51,482 nt of DNA, taken from NCBI GenBank assembly GCA_036803565.1, contig DAIRUD010000001.1, positions 1-51,482 on the forward strand. The letters are read 5' to 3'. This stretch comes from Synergistaceae bacterium. Its GTDB lineage: Bacteria > Synergistota > Synergistia > Synergistales > Synergistaceae. Under the pieces are notes generated by a model. The model made no database searches, was not told the DNA's origin, and worked only from the letters and a program-made list of their open reading frames with translations. Positions within the stretch are counted from its first letter, which is position 1, and each line of letters begins with the position of its first letter. The position numbers and the translations under genes are program-made. This document shows, piece by piece, positions 1 through 8,372 of the stretch.

Positions 1-116
1 AACTCCGCGGCCCCCCGCCCGGCGTTCTCCATCAGCACGACGCCGGGAATCGCCAGCGTTTCTGCGGCGATGCCATCCGCTTTTCTGATTTCCCTGCTGC
101 CATAGATATTTTTCAT
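1..116 (-). CDS. nnr: NAD(P)H-hydrate epimerase/dehydratase (YjeF/Nnr family), N-terminal fragment running off the left edge
   Basis: Reverse complement from ATG at 116 reads MKNIYGSREIRKADGIAAETLAIPGVVLMENAGRGAAE. The LMENAG block is typical of the YjeF N-terminal domain. It starts 1 nt after the acpS stop. Confidence 0.55.
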   Translation of the reverse strand, partial: MKNIYGSREIRKADGIAAETLAIPGVVLMENAGRGAAE

Positions 117-117
117 C

Positions 118-483
118 TCAGGACTCCAATACGACGAAAGCCAGGGCATACTCCCCCTCGTGGCTGATCGTCAGCCACACCCGACGGATTCCCCGTTCTT
201 CGAGGCGCTCCCGCAGCCGCGCGCTGCATTCGACGACGGGACCGGACTCCGTCCGGCGCACCCACGATTCGCGCAGCCCCATGGCGAACATCCCCAGCCC
301 CGTCGCCTTGGCCAGCGCTTCCTTCGCGGCATACGCCCCCGCGAAATGCGGCGCCGGATCCCCGGCGCCCCGCGCGTACTCAATCTCCTCGTCGGAAAAA
401 ACCTTGCCGACAAAATGCGCGTTCTCCGTCGCCCGCCGCATTCTGGAAATGCGGCAAAGATCCGTTCCGATACCGACGATCAT
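118..483 (-). CDS. acpS: holo-[acyl-carrier-protein] synthase
   Basis: 121 aa. MIVGIGTDL start, ...FSDEEIEY..., AKEALAKA and ISHEGEYA blocks are typical of AcpS 4-phosphopantetheinyl transferases. Confidence 0.9.
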   Translation of the reverse strand: MIVGIGTDLCRISRMRRATENAHFVGKVFSDEEIEYARGAGDPAPHFAGAYAAKEALAKATGLGMFAMGLRESWVRRTESGPVVECSARLRERLEERGIRRVWLTISHEGEYALAFVVLES

Positions 484-540
484 ACGTTCACCCCCGCGGC
501 GGGAACGTGCCTACCGTTGCGTCGCCCGGCGCTCGCCGGA

Positions 541-1698
541 TCATTCGTCGGCGACGGGCAGGTCGAGGTCGATGGGGATCGCCCCCTCCTCGAGCAGGCT
601 CTCCGCGAACGCATCCTCCATGTCAGGAAACGCGTCCTCGCCTCCCCCCGACGGCCCCGGCGCATCGAGGATCAACCCGTTGTCCTCCGCCACCTTCGCC
701 AACACCTCGCGCTTGATCTCCTCCATCAGCTCCGCGTGCTGCTGGAGGTATTCCGCGGTGCCCTCCTTGCCCTGGGCCAGCGTCTCCCCCTTGTAGGCAA
801 TCCACGAGCCCTTCCGTTTGACGATGTTCATGTCCAGCGCCATGTCCAGCACCGCCATCGCCTTCGGGACGCCTTTTCCGTAGATGAGGGTCGTGTGCGC
901 CGTGCGGAAGGGCGGCGCCTGCTTGTTCTTGGTCACCTTGATCTTCAGTTCGTGCCCGATCGGGACGTCCCCCTGGCTGATGGACGCGGCGCGCTTCACC
1001 TCGATGCGCACCGAGCTGTAGAACTTCAGCGCCCGGCCTCCCGTCGTGGTCTCCGTCGGGCCGCTGCTGTAGCCGGTGCTGATCGTGGAGCGGAGCTGGT
1101 TGATGAAGATGACCGTCGTCCTGCTCTTGGAGATGACGGAGGTCAGTCGGCGCAGCGCGTAGGACATGAGGCGGGCGTGCAGGCCGACGCTCTTGTTGGG
1201 TCCCTCCTCGATCTTGCCGTCGATCTCCCCCTGCGGCGTCAGAGCGGCGACGGAGTCCACGACCACCAGGTCGACCGCGCCGCTGCGCACCAGGGTGTCC
1301 AGGATGAAAAACGCCTGTTCGCCGCTGTCCGGCTGGGAGATGTACATATTGTCGGTATCCACGCCGATGGCCTTGGCCAGTCCCGGGTCGAGCGCGTGCT
1401 CCGCGTCGATGAAGGCCGTGACGCCGCCCGCCCTCTGGGCCTCGGCGATGACGTGCAGCGCAATCGTCGTCTTACCACCGCCCTCCGGCCCGTACAACTC
1501 GACGACGCGCCCCCGCGGGACGCCGCCGATGCCGAGCGCGACGTCGAGGGGCAAAACGCCGGTCGAGATGACCTCGATGTTCATATTCGTACGCTCGCCC
1601 ATCTTCATGATGGCGCCGTCGCCGAATTTCTGTTTGATGTCGGTGATGGCCCGTTCGAGGATCTGTTCCTTCGTCGCGGGCTCCGCTTTCTTCGCCAT
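541..1698 (-). CDS. recA: recombinase RecA
   Basis: From internal ATG at 1698 (MAKKAEPATKEQILERAITDIKQKFGDGAIMKMG...). Walker A GPEGGGKTT, and conserved FIDAEHALD and IFINQLR blocks. The upstream part of the 483-aa ORF is Arg-rich and overlaps cinA, so it was trimmed. Confidence 0.97.
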   Translation of the reverse strand: MAKKAEPATKEQILERAITDIKQKFGDGAIMKMGERTNMNIEVISTGVLPLDVALGIGGVPRGRVVELYGPEGGGKTTIALHVIAEAQRAGGVTAFIDAEHALDPGLAKAIGVDTDNMYISQPDSGEQAFFILDTLVRSGAVDLVVVDSVAALTPQGEIDGKIEEGPNKSVGLHARLMSYALRRLTSVISKSRTTVIFINQLRSTISTGYSSGPTETTTGGRALKFYSSVRIEVKRAASISQGDVPIGHELKIKVTKNKQAPPFRTAHTTLIYGKGVPKAMAVLDMALDMNIVKRKGSWIAYKGETLAQGKEGTAEYLQQHAELMEEIKREVLAKVAEDNGLILDAPGPSGGGEDAFPDMEDAFAESLLEEGAIPIDLDLPVADE

Positions 1699-1700
1699 GT

Positions 1701-2273
1701 TCACGCACCTCCGCTCAGCTTGGCCTCGGGCGAGGCGTGCAGATCGTAAAGCCCCTTCGCCAAAAGCCGCAGCGCGCCGCGCACGGCACGAAGCCGCACG
1801 TCGTTGCGCTCCCTTCCGATGTACGAACCTTTGCGCACGCAAATCGCACCGCCCTCGCGCACCAGGGCGAACCAAACCGTCCCCACCGGTTTTTCCGGAG
1901 ACCCGCCGTCCGGCCCGGCGATGCCGGTCACGCCGACGGCGAGGCGTGTCCCGAACACCCTGCGCACCCCCCAGGCCATCTCCACCGCGCACTGCGCGCT
2001 GACCGCGCCGTGTCGTGCGATCGTCTCCGGGGTGACGTTCAACCGCTCGATCTTCGACCTGTCGCTGTATGTCACGAGGCTGCCGGGGAAAACCCGCGAA
2101 GCGCCGGGGACGGAGGCGAGCGTCGCGGCGACCAGCCCGGCCGTACAGGATTCGGCGAAGGTAAACAGGCGCCCGTCGGGCTCCCCCGCTTCTTCGCGCA
2201 GCACCCCGGGCTGCAGCGCCAAACCGAACACCGTGTGCACCAGGTTGGTAATTTCATCCGCGATTCCCAGCAT
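1701..2273 (-). CDS. cinA: CinA-family nicotinamide-nucleotide amidase, PncC domain only
   Basis: 190 aa. Motifs FAESCTAGL...LVTYS...K...LGV and GIAGPDGG match the CinA C-terminal (PncC) domain. Classic position immediately upstream of recA. Confidence 0.85.
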   Translation of the reverse strand: MLGIADEITNLVHTVFGLALQPGVLREEAGEPDGRLFTFAESCTAGLVAATLASVPGASRVFPGSLVTYSDRSKIERLNVTPETIARHGAVSAQCAVEMAWGVRRVFGTRLAVGVTGIAGPDGGSPEKPVGTVWFALVREGGAICVRKGSYIGRERNDVRLRAVRGALRLLAKGLYDLHASPEAKLSGGA

Positions 2274-2276
2274 GTC

Positions 2277-2777
2277 CTAGCCCCCCACTCCGAAATAACG
2301 ATAAAGTAACTCCAGCCCGCCCGAGAAGAAGAGCCATGCGACAAACCGCATGAGGGCGTTCGTCAGCACTCCGCCGACGATGTCGTCGGCCATGATGCCG
2401 ACGCCGCCCGGCAGGCGCTCCATATAATGGATCGGGAACGGCTTGGTGATATCCAGAACGCGGAAGAGAAAAAAAGCGCTCAGCGCGTAACCGGGGTCCA
2501 GCCCATACATGGCCGTCCAGTAACCGGCGACCTCGTCGATGACGACCTCGCCCGGATCCTCCTTGCCGTGCGCCTTGGCGTAGCGATCGCTGGCGACGGT
2601 CCCCACGATGATTGTCGCGGCCAGGACGACCGGCGGAATGCCGCCGAACGCCACCAACAGCAGAAACGCCGCGAGCGTCCCCATAGTGCCCGGCATGCCG
2701 GTGAAATTGCCCACGCCGAAAAACGTCGCCAACAGGCCGTACCAAGTCCTCAGGTTTTCCATCTTCGCGGATTTCAT
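2277..2777 (-). CDS. pgpA: phosphatidylglycerophosphatase A
   Basis: 166 aa membrane protein. FFGVGNFTGMPGTMGTL...VIDEVAGY...RVLDITKPFPI match the PgpA family. Confidence 0.85.
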   Translation of the reverse strand: MKSAKMENLRTWYGLLATFFGVGNFTGMPGTMGTLAAFLLLVAFGGIPPVVLAATIIVGTVASDRYAKAHGKEDPGEVVIDEVAGYWTAMYGLDPGYALSAFFLFRVLDITKPFPIHYMERLPGGVGIMADDIVGGVLTNALMRFVAWLFFSGGLELLYRYFGVGG

Positions 2778-4108
2778 GCCTCGTACGCAACCTCTTTCGC
2801 CAGCAAATCGTGTTCATACGCCTCCGTGACCAGCACCCGCGTCCTGTCTCCGGGACGCAGGCTGCGTCCGGCCGCGAGCTCCACCTCGATCAAACCGTCA
2901 ACCTCCGGCGCCTCCCGGAAGGAACGCCCTTCGACAATACCCGGCGTTGCCGCCTCGTCGACCAGAATATCGAGCTCCCGCCCGACAAACAGGCCCTGGC
3001 GCTCCAGGGAGATCTCCGCCTGCAACGCCATCAGGCGCTCCAGCCGCGCCCGCTTTGTCCGGTTGGGAACCTGGGACGGCATCGCGGCCGCGGGCGTCCC
3101 CTCCTCGGGGGAGAAGAGAAACGCGCCGACCCTGTCGAACCGCGCCGCCTCCAGGAAACGCAGCAAATCGTTGAAATCCTTCCGCGTCTCTCCCGGAAAA
3201 CCCACCATGCAGGTCGTGCGAAGCGCGAAATCCTCCCGGATATCCCGCGCCGTCGTGAAGATACCAAGGAGCCGCTCCAGGGAATCCGCGCGGTTCATCG
3301 CGGCGAGGACCGCGTCACTCGCGTGCTGGATCGGCATATCCAGATACGGCAGGATCTGCCGCCCGTCGGCCACGCGCTCCAACAGCGGGCGCTCCACCCG
3401 CGCGGGGTGGAGGTAGAGCAGACGCAGCCAGAGCGACGCCGGGAGCGCGCCCTCCAAGGCGTCGAGCAACTCCGTCAGGCGGTCGCCGCCGAATCCCGCC
3501 TCGCTTCCATACGCCGTCAGGTCCTGTCCGACGAGGCAGATTTCCCGCGCCCCCTCCTCGGCCATGACCTCGGCTTCGCGCACGAGCGCGGCGATCGGGA
3601 GGCTGCGCAGCCCGCCGCGAATGGAGGGAATGGCGCAATAGGCGCAACGGTTGTCGCACCCCTCGGAAACCTTGAGGTAACGAACGTGCCTCCCGTGCGC
3701 CGGAAGGATCGCCCGCGGCGGAGCCTCTCCGGGAAAATCGCGGCAGCGCGCGTTCGCGCCATCGAGCATCGCGGCGTAATCCTCGGACCTGGCCCAGAAA
3801 TCCACCTCGGGAATCTCCTCCGGCAGCGCCCCGGCATAGCGGTTGACCAGGCAACCGACGACGCCGACGCGCCCGACCCGGCCCTCCTTCCGCAGGGCGG
3901 CCAGGTCCAGAATCGCCTCGATATTTTCCTCCACGGCGGACCGCAGAAACCCGCACGTGTTGACGATACAAAGATCGGCGCCCTCCGCCTCCGGCACGAG
4001 GCGATAGCCCGCCCGCCGCAAAAGGCCCGCGATACGCTCCGAATCGACCCTGTTCTTGAAACAGCCGAGGCTGAGACAGAAAAACGTCCCCGGCACCGTC
4101 TCGGTCAT
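2774..4108 (-). CDS. rimO: ribosomal protein S12 methylthiotransferase RimO (radical SAM, MiaB/RimO family)
   Basis: N-terminal SLGCFKNRVDSE...IVNTCGF block, radical SAM CDNRCAYC cluster motif, C-terminal TRAM-like domain. Start placed at ATG 4108 (MTETVPG); the ORF extends to 4165. Confidence 0.85.
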   Translation of the reverse strand: MTETVPGTFFCLSLGCFKNRVDSERIAGLLRRAGYRLVPEAEGADLCIVNTCGFLRSAVEENIEAILDLAALRKEGRVGRVGVVGCLVNRYAGALPEEIPEVDFWARSEDYAAMLDGANARCRDFPGEAPPRAILPAHGRHVRYLKVSEGCDNRCAYCAIPSIRGGLRSLPIAALVREAEVMAEEGAREICLVGQDLTAYGSEAGFGGDRLTELLDALEGALPASLWLRLLYLHPARVERPLLERVADGRQILPYLDMPIQHASDAVLAAMNRADSLERLLGIFTTARDIREDFALRTTCMVGFPGETRKDFNDLLRFLEAARFDRVGAFLFSPEEGTPAAAMPSQVPNRTKRARLERLMALQAEISLERQGLFVGRELDILVDEAATPGIVEGRSFREAPEVDGLIEVELAAGRSLRPGDRTRVLVTEAYEHDLLAKEVAYEA

Positions 4109-4115
4109 CGCCGCA

Positions 4116-4817
4116 TCAGTTCCGGGAGCCTCCGGTTGGGCTCCCGCCCTGCGGCACCGCCCCATCCATCCACGACAGGTCGGCGGACGCCGGGGACGAT
4201 GCTCCGGCCCCCGTCCGCCCCCCGTCCGCGCTGCGGACGTCCGCCGACGGGGCGTTCGCCGGAACCGGTTCGACCGGCAATGCGATGTCCGCGGATACGG
4301 CCGCGTCGCCCGAGACGGGATCCTCCGCGCTCTGCGGCGGCGTCCGCAGGAAAAACCCGCCGGCGCCCCGTCCCGGATCCCGGGGTTGACTCCAGAGCAG
4401 GTACGCGGCGCCCAGCACGGCGAGCAGCAGCAGGATATACACCCAGATCATGGAGGATCGCCGGAAGATCGGCGTCGGATGATTGATATCGAGGGATTCC
4501 CGAACGCACCCGCCGACCGCGGGAAGGCCCTCCGGCTGTGGCAGGACGACCTCGAACTTCCGCCACAGGTCCATCGCCAGCAAATATTCGCAATACGTTT
4601 TGACGAAACCGCGAATGTAGATCGGCGCCCCGATCTCCTCCAGCGCGCCCGCTTCGATGGCCCGCAGGAAGTGCGGCCGCACGTGGGTCGCCGCGGCGAC
4701 GTCGTCGTAGGACAGTCCCTGCGCCTCGCGCAACTCGCGCAATAACAACCCCAGGCGCGCGATCTCCGCGAGGCGGTCCTCCTCCTGCAATCCCCGTCTT
4801 CCGCGCTTAACCGCCAT
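4116..4817 (-). CDS. rodZ: RodZ-like helix-turn-helix membrane protein
   Basis: From ATG 4817. HTH block LGLLLRELREAQGLSYDDVAAATHVRPHFLRAIEAG...IYIRGFVKTY, then one TM helix (MIWVYILLLLAVLGAAYLLW) and a low-complexity tail. Overlaps the rpe stop by 11 nt. Confidence 0.7.
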   Translation of the reverse strand: MAVKRGRRGLQEEDRLAEIARLGLLLRELREAQGLSYDDVAAATHVRPHFLRAIEAGALEEIGAPIYIRGFVKTYCEYLLAMDLWRKFEVVLPQPEGLPAVGGCVRESLDINHPTPIFRRSSMIWVYILLLLAVLGAAYLLWSQPRDPGRGAGGFFLRTPPQSAEDPVSGDAAVSADIALPVEPVPANAPSADVRSADGGRTGAGASSPASADLSWMDGAVPQGGSPTGGSRN

Positions 4818-5532
4818 GGCTTTCACATTCCCCGTCCGCGCCGCGCGCCGATGCCGCGCGCTTGATACGCCTCGCCGCTTCCGCCGGATCGGCTTGCCCG
4901 AACACGGCGTTCCCGGCCACGAGGACGTCGCACCCCTGTGCGGCGAGCAGCCCCGCGTTGTCCGGGCCGATCCCGCCATCCGCCTCGATGAGATAACGCA
5001 GGCCGTGCACCGTTCGATAGCGGACCAATTCCTTGAATTTCGGCAGCATCTCCGGTATGAACTTCTGCCCGCCGAACCCCGGGTTTACCGTCATGACCAA
5101 AACGAGATCGGCAAAGGGCAGAAGGTGCTGCAACGCGCCGACGGGCGTGCCCGGATTCAGCGTCACGCCGGGGTGCACACCCGCCTCCCGGATGCGTTGC
5201 AGCGCCCGGACGCCGTGCGGCGTCGCTTCGGCGTGCACCGTCAACACGTCGGGGGGATCGGCGAGAAACATGTCGAGAAAGGCCTCGACCGGCTCCACCA
5301 TAATATGCACATCGAGAAAGGCGGCCGGGAAGGCCTTCTTCAAAGCCTTCAGCATCGCCGGGCCATAGGAAAGGTTGGGAACGAAATGCCCATCCATCAC
5401 GTCCAGGTGAATCCACTCCGCCTCGCCCCGCAGGGAGCGGATCGCGTCGCCGACGGCCAACGGGTCCGCGCTCAATATGGAGGGAGAGAGCAGAACCCCG
5501 TTCCCTCCTTTGTCGAACGGCTTCGCGGACAT
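4807..5532 (-). CDS. rpe: ribulose-phosphate 3-epimerase
   Basis: From ATG 5532 (MSAKPF...). LSPSILSADP, HLDVMDGHFVPN, MTVNPGFGGQKF and EADGGI motifs. ATGA overlap with the stop of the upstream PASTA gene. Confidence 0.93.
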   Translation of the reverse strand: MSAKPFDKGGNGVLLSPSILSADPLAVGDAIRSLRGEAEWIHLDVMDGHFVPNLSYGPAMLKALKKAFPAAFLDVHIMVEPVEAFLDMFLADPPDVLTVHAEATPHGVRALQRIREAGVHPGVTLNPGTPVGALQHLLPFADLVLVMTVNPGFGGQKFIPEMLPKFKELVRYRTVHGLRYLIEADGGIGPDNAGLLAAQGCDVLVAGNAVFGQADPAEAARRIKRAASARGADGECESHGG

Positions 5533-6761
5533 CAGTCGAAATTCTGCTGCCATACGGCCTGATCGCCGAGCCGTACGGTAATCGTGGCTTTTCCGGCATA
5601 AGCCGGGCTCATCGAGATATACTCCCCGCCCTTTACTTCCTGGCTGCGCAGCACCTTCGTGCCCGCTTCGTCGGTCATCTCGATCCGCAACGGCAGAGGT
5701 CTGGTCAGCAGAGGCACGACGTAATTGATCCTCGCCGTCTTGCCGCCCACCGGCGGCGTCGGTGCCGGAGCGGGCGTGGGGGACGGAGTCGGCGCTGGCG
5801 TCGGCGTCGGCTGCGGGGTTGCCGCCGAATCGCCGCCCTGTCCGGAACCGGTAGTAAGCGGGGGCAGCGTTTTCGAGCCCTCCTCCGGCCGCCACACATC
5901 GGCTTCTCTCTGTTCCCTCTGCGGAGTCGGCGCCGGCGTGGGAACCGGAGGCGTGGGGACGGGCGCCGGATTGGGCGTCGGAGTAGGAGCGGGCCGTGGC
6001 TCCGGCGGCACGACACCGATGTCGATCGGCGCCTCGGCAATCTTCGCGACATACAGGATCAGGGCGTTGCCATACGGCACGCGCGTGCCCGCCCGCGGCT
6101 GCGTCCGCACGATCGCCCCCTCGGGAACGGCCGTCGATTCCACCTGGATCACCTTGGAAACGCTCAGATCGCTCTGCGAGAGGATCTGCCACGCCAACTC
6201 CTCCGTCTGTCCCTTGAGGTCCGGCACCAGGACGTTCTCGGGTTTTCCCGTCTTCCCCTCGCTGACCAGCAGATCCACCATCCGGTTGTTCATCACCATG
6301 GCCGGGGAAGCGGGGTTCTGCGCGATCACCGTGCCGGACGGCTTGAGGGAATCCGTGACCTTGAGCACGCTGCCCGTCTTGAATCCGGCGGTGTCCAACG
6401 CCCGGACCGCCGCGGCGAACTCCATCCCGCGCACGTCTGGAACCTGCGAGCGCATACCGCCCCTGCTCACCCGCAGGACCATGATCTTTCCGCGCTCGAT
6501 CCGAATCCCCGGGCTGGGGGACTGGGAGATCACCGCACCCTCCGGCTGGTCGGAGTCCACCTGGTCGACCCGCGCCTTGAGGCCGAGGCTCTGTAACTGA
6601 TTCATCGCGTCGATCGTCGACAACCCGATCAGCGAGGGGGCTTCGACCTCGCTCTCCTCGACAAAAACGATCCGCAAGGCCATCATTCCCGATCCGACGA
6701 GAACCAGAAGCGCCAAGACGATTCCCCATCTGAAAAGCCTGTTCACCAGCAATCCCCCCAA
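5532..6761 (-). CDS. membrane-anchored PASTA-domain protein with three PASTA repeats and no kinase domain
   Basis: 409 aa. About 10 cytoplasmic residues, one TM helix (WGIVLALLVLVGSGMMAL), three PASTA-like repeats (e.g. VPDVRGMEFAAAVRALDTAGF...VIAQNP; VPDLKGQTEELAWQIL...VRTQP), a Pro/Thr-rich linker and a C-terminal beta-like domain. Confidence 0.8.
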   Translation of the reverse strand: MGGLLVNRLFRWGIVLALLVLVGSGMMALRIVFVEESEVEAPSLIGLSTIDAMNQLQSLGLKARVDQVDSDQPEGAVISQSPSPGIRIERGKIMVLRVSRGGMRSQVPDVRGMEFAAAVRALDTAGFKTGSVLKVTDSLKPSGTVIAQNPASPAMVMNNRMVDLLVSEGKTGKPENVLVPDLKGQTEELAWQILSQSDLSVSKVIQVESTAVPEGAIVRTQPRAGTRVPYGNALILYVAKIAEAPIDIGVVPPEPRPAPTPTPNPAPVPTPPVPTPAPTPQREQREADVWRPEEGSKTLPPLTTGSGQGGDSAATPQPTPTPAPTPSPTPAPAPTPPVGGKTARINYVVPLLTRPLPLRIEMTDEAGTKVLRSQEVKGGEYISMSPAYAGKATITVRLGDQAVWQQNFD

Positions 6762-6816
6762 AACGAACGAAACGCGCCGCCGCCCCGGCGCAAAAGCGCC
6801 GCGTGGCGGTAACGCT

Positions 6817-6906
6817 CTATCTGAAAACCATCCGATACATCATAAACGCGGAACCCGCGAGCACCAACAGGCCGACCAGAATGCCGCAGCCCAAAAGTTT
6901 GTTCAT
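6817..6906 (-). CDS. 29-codon hydrophobic micro-ORF paralogous to the PASTA protein membrane anchor
   Basis: Hand translation gives MNKLLGCGILVGLLVLAGSAFMMYRMVFR followed by TAG. It fits the rsmB-PASTA intergenic gap and aligns with PASTA residues GIVLALLVLVGSGMMALRIVF. Expression is unknown. Confidence 0.3.
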   Translation of the reverse strand: MNKLLGCGILVGLLVLAGSAFMMYRMVFR

Positions 6907-6945
6907 ATATCCCAACCGCCCCAACCATACGACATGCAGCACCGC

Positions 6946-8277
6946 CTATTTCTTTTTCAACAGCGCGAGGAAAAAACCGTCCGTCCACGGGTTTTCCGGG
7001 AGAACATAGCTTCCGTAGGGTTTCCCCCGGACCTGCGGCATGCTCCCGCGGCGCAACGGAATTTCGACGAGGTCGGCGCGCGCGGCCATGACGGCTCCCA
7101 CGACCTTCTCGTTCTCCTCTCGGAAGATGCTGCACGTACAATACAGCATCACGCCCCCCGGCGCAAGGATATCCGCAGCGCGCGCGAACAGGCGGCGTTG
7201 CAGGTCGGCCATGCGGGACAGCTTCTGCGGGTTCGTACGCCACTTTCCCTCGGGGTGCCTGCCCCACGTCCCGCTTCCGGAGCAGGGCGCGTCCAACAGG
7301 ATCGCGGACGGGACGCAGGCGGGCACCATCGCCGTCGCGTCGCCGCAGAACCGGATCGCCCGCTCCTCCACGCCAAGCCTGCGAAACTCCCGCTCCGCCG
7401 CGCCCAGGCGGGCGCTCGAAAGCTCCCAGCCCTCCGTCCGCACATCCGGGCGGTACGACAGAATATGGGCGGCCTTGACGCCTCTTCCCATGCACATATC
7501 CAACAGCGTATCCCCCTGCCAGTGGCCGAGCAGGGTCTCCACCGCCCACATGGAGGCTTCGCTCTGCGGCGTCACGCGCCCCTCGGCGTACCCCGGCAAG
7601 TCCGGCGGGTAGGGGTTGCCGTCGATGCGCACCGCACCGGGCATGGCATCCGAGGGTTGCGCCGGGTGTTCTCCGTGTTCCCCGTAGGCCTCCGCCCAGC
7701 GGCGGGCATCCTCGCCGGGGGACATACGGACGGATAGGCAGGTCTGCGCCGCCGAAAGCTGCAGGAGCCGCTTGGCGTCCTTCATCCCCCAGTCCTTGTT
7801 CCACTCCGCCGCCGCCCAACCGGGCACACCCTCCCCCAACGCCTGGTCCCGCAACGCCGGAGCCTTGCGCAGGCTCTCGATATAAGCGGGCGCCTTCTCC
7901 ATCACCGTGTGCAGGACGGCGTTGATGAGGGCCGCATCGCGATAACCGTCGATCTCCGTCTCCAGGCGTCTGGCGTAGCTCACCAGAGCGTTGACCAGCA
8001 CGCCCGGTTTGAAGTGCCGCAACTCCAGGACGCCCGCGATCCCGGGCAACAAAAAGGAAACGGTGCGCGGGTGCAGTGCCTCCGGCGACCGCTTACAGTA
8101 TTTTCCCAGAATATGCTTCCACAGCCCGAAACGTCGAAGCGTCAGATAGGAGAGCGTGGCCGCGAGCTTCCGCTCGTTGGGCGTGATCTCCCCCCAGACT
8201 TTCCGCAACGCCTCCGACGCGAAAGCGCCCTTTTCCACCTCTTGCAGCACGCAGAGCGCGCCTTCGATTCCTCTCAT
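6946..8277 (-). CDS. rsmB: 16S rRNA (cytosine967-C5)-methyltransferase
   Basis: 443 aa. NusB-like N-terminal domain followed by a SAM methyltransferase core (LLDMCMGRGVKA, ILLDAPCSGSGT, YCTCS). Confidence 0.9.
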   Translation of the reverse strand: MRGIEGALCVLQEVEKGAFASEALRKVWGEITPNERKLAATLSYLTLRRFGLWKHILGKYCKRSPEALHPRTVSFLLPGIAGVLELRHFKPGVLVNALVSYARRLETEIDGYRDAALINAVLHTVMEKAPAYIESLRKAPALRDQALGEGVPGWAAAEWNKDWGMKDAKRLLQLSAAQTCLSVRMSPGEDARRWAEAYGEHGEHPAQPSDAMPGAVRIDGNPYPPDLPGYAEGRVTPQSEASMWAVETLLGHWQGDTLLDMCMGRGVKAAHILSYRPDVRTEGWELSSARLGAAEREFRRLGVEERAIRFCGDATAMVPACVPSAILLDAPCSGSGTWGRHPEGKWRTNPQKLSRMADLQRRLFARAADILAPGGVMLYCTCSIFREENEKVVGAVMAARADLVEIPLRRGSMPQVRGKPYGSYVLPENPWTDGFFLALLKKK

Positions 8278-8299
8278 CCCTTACGCTACCCCCGGTGCG

Positions 8300-8328
8300 A
8301 AAAAGCAACAGGGCGGCATGCGCCACCC
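8300..8328 (-). terminator. candidate intrinsic terminator downstream of the zinc-peptidase gene
   Basis: Minus-strand RNA reads GGGUGGC-GCAU-GCCGCCC (7 bp including one G-U), followed by UGUUGCUUUUU. The same position is a C-A mismatch on the plus strand, which favours minus orientation. Confidence 0.45.
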
Positions 8329-8372
8329 TTCGAAATCGGCCGCACCGCAGCCGCAACACGGACCACCGCGCG

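Noticed and set aside
160-1749. 529-aa plus-strand ORF antisense to acpS and recA. Similar long shadow ORFs are 2810-4486(+), 11796-13685(-), 16643-18094(-), 19336-21330(-), 36253-37278(+), 37471-39294(+), 43690-45246(+) and 49168-50766(-).
   Set aside because: Their translations are Arg/Pro/Gly/Ala-rich and low in complexity, and they lie opposite genes with unambiguous family motifs. These are the usual stop-poor antisense frames of GC-rich DNA.
1699-1992. N-terminal extensions of track ORFs beyond the motif-supported start: recA to 1992, rpe to 6729, the tkt-like C-section to 36290, csaB to 38632, uppP to 41692, and the GLUG gene to 26291.
   Set aside because: The extensions are Arg-rich and overlap the 3-prime ends of well-supported upstream genes in another frame. 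Internal starts give normal protein lengths and stop/start coupling.
5740-6010. Repetitive ccg/gcc/acg-rich DNA that looks like a tandem repeat.
   Set aside because: It is the in-frame Pro/Thr/Ala-rich linker (PTPAPTP...) of the PASTA protein. This is low-complexity coding sequence, not a CRISPR or satellite repeat.
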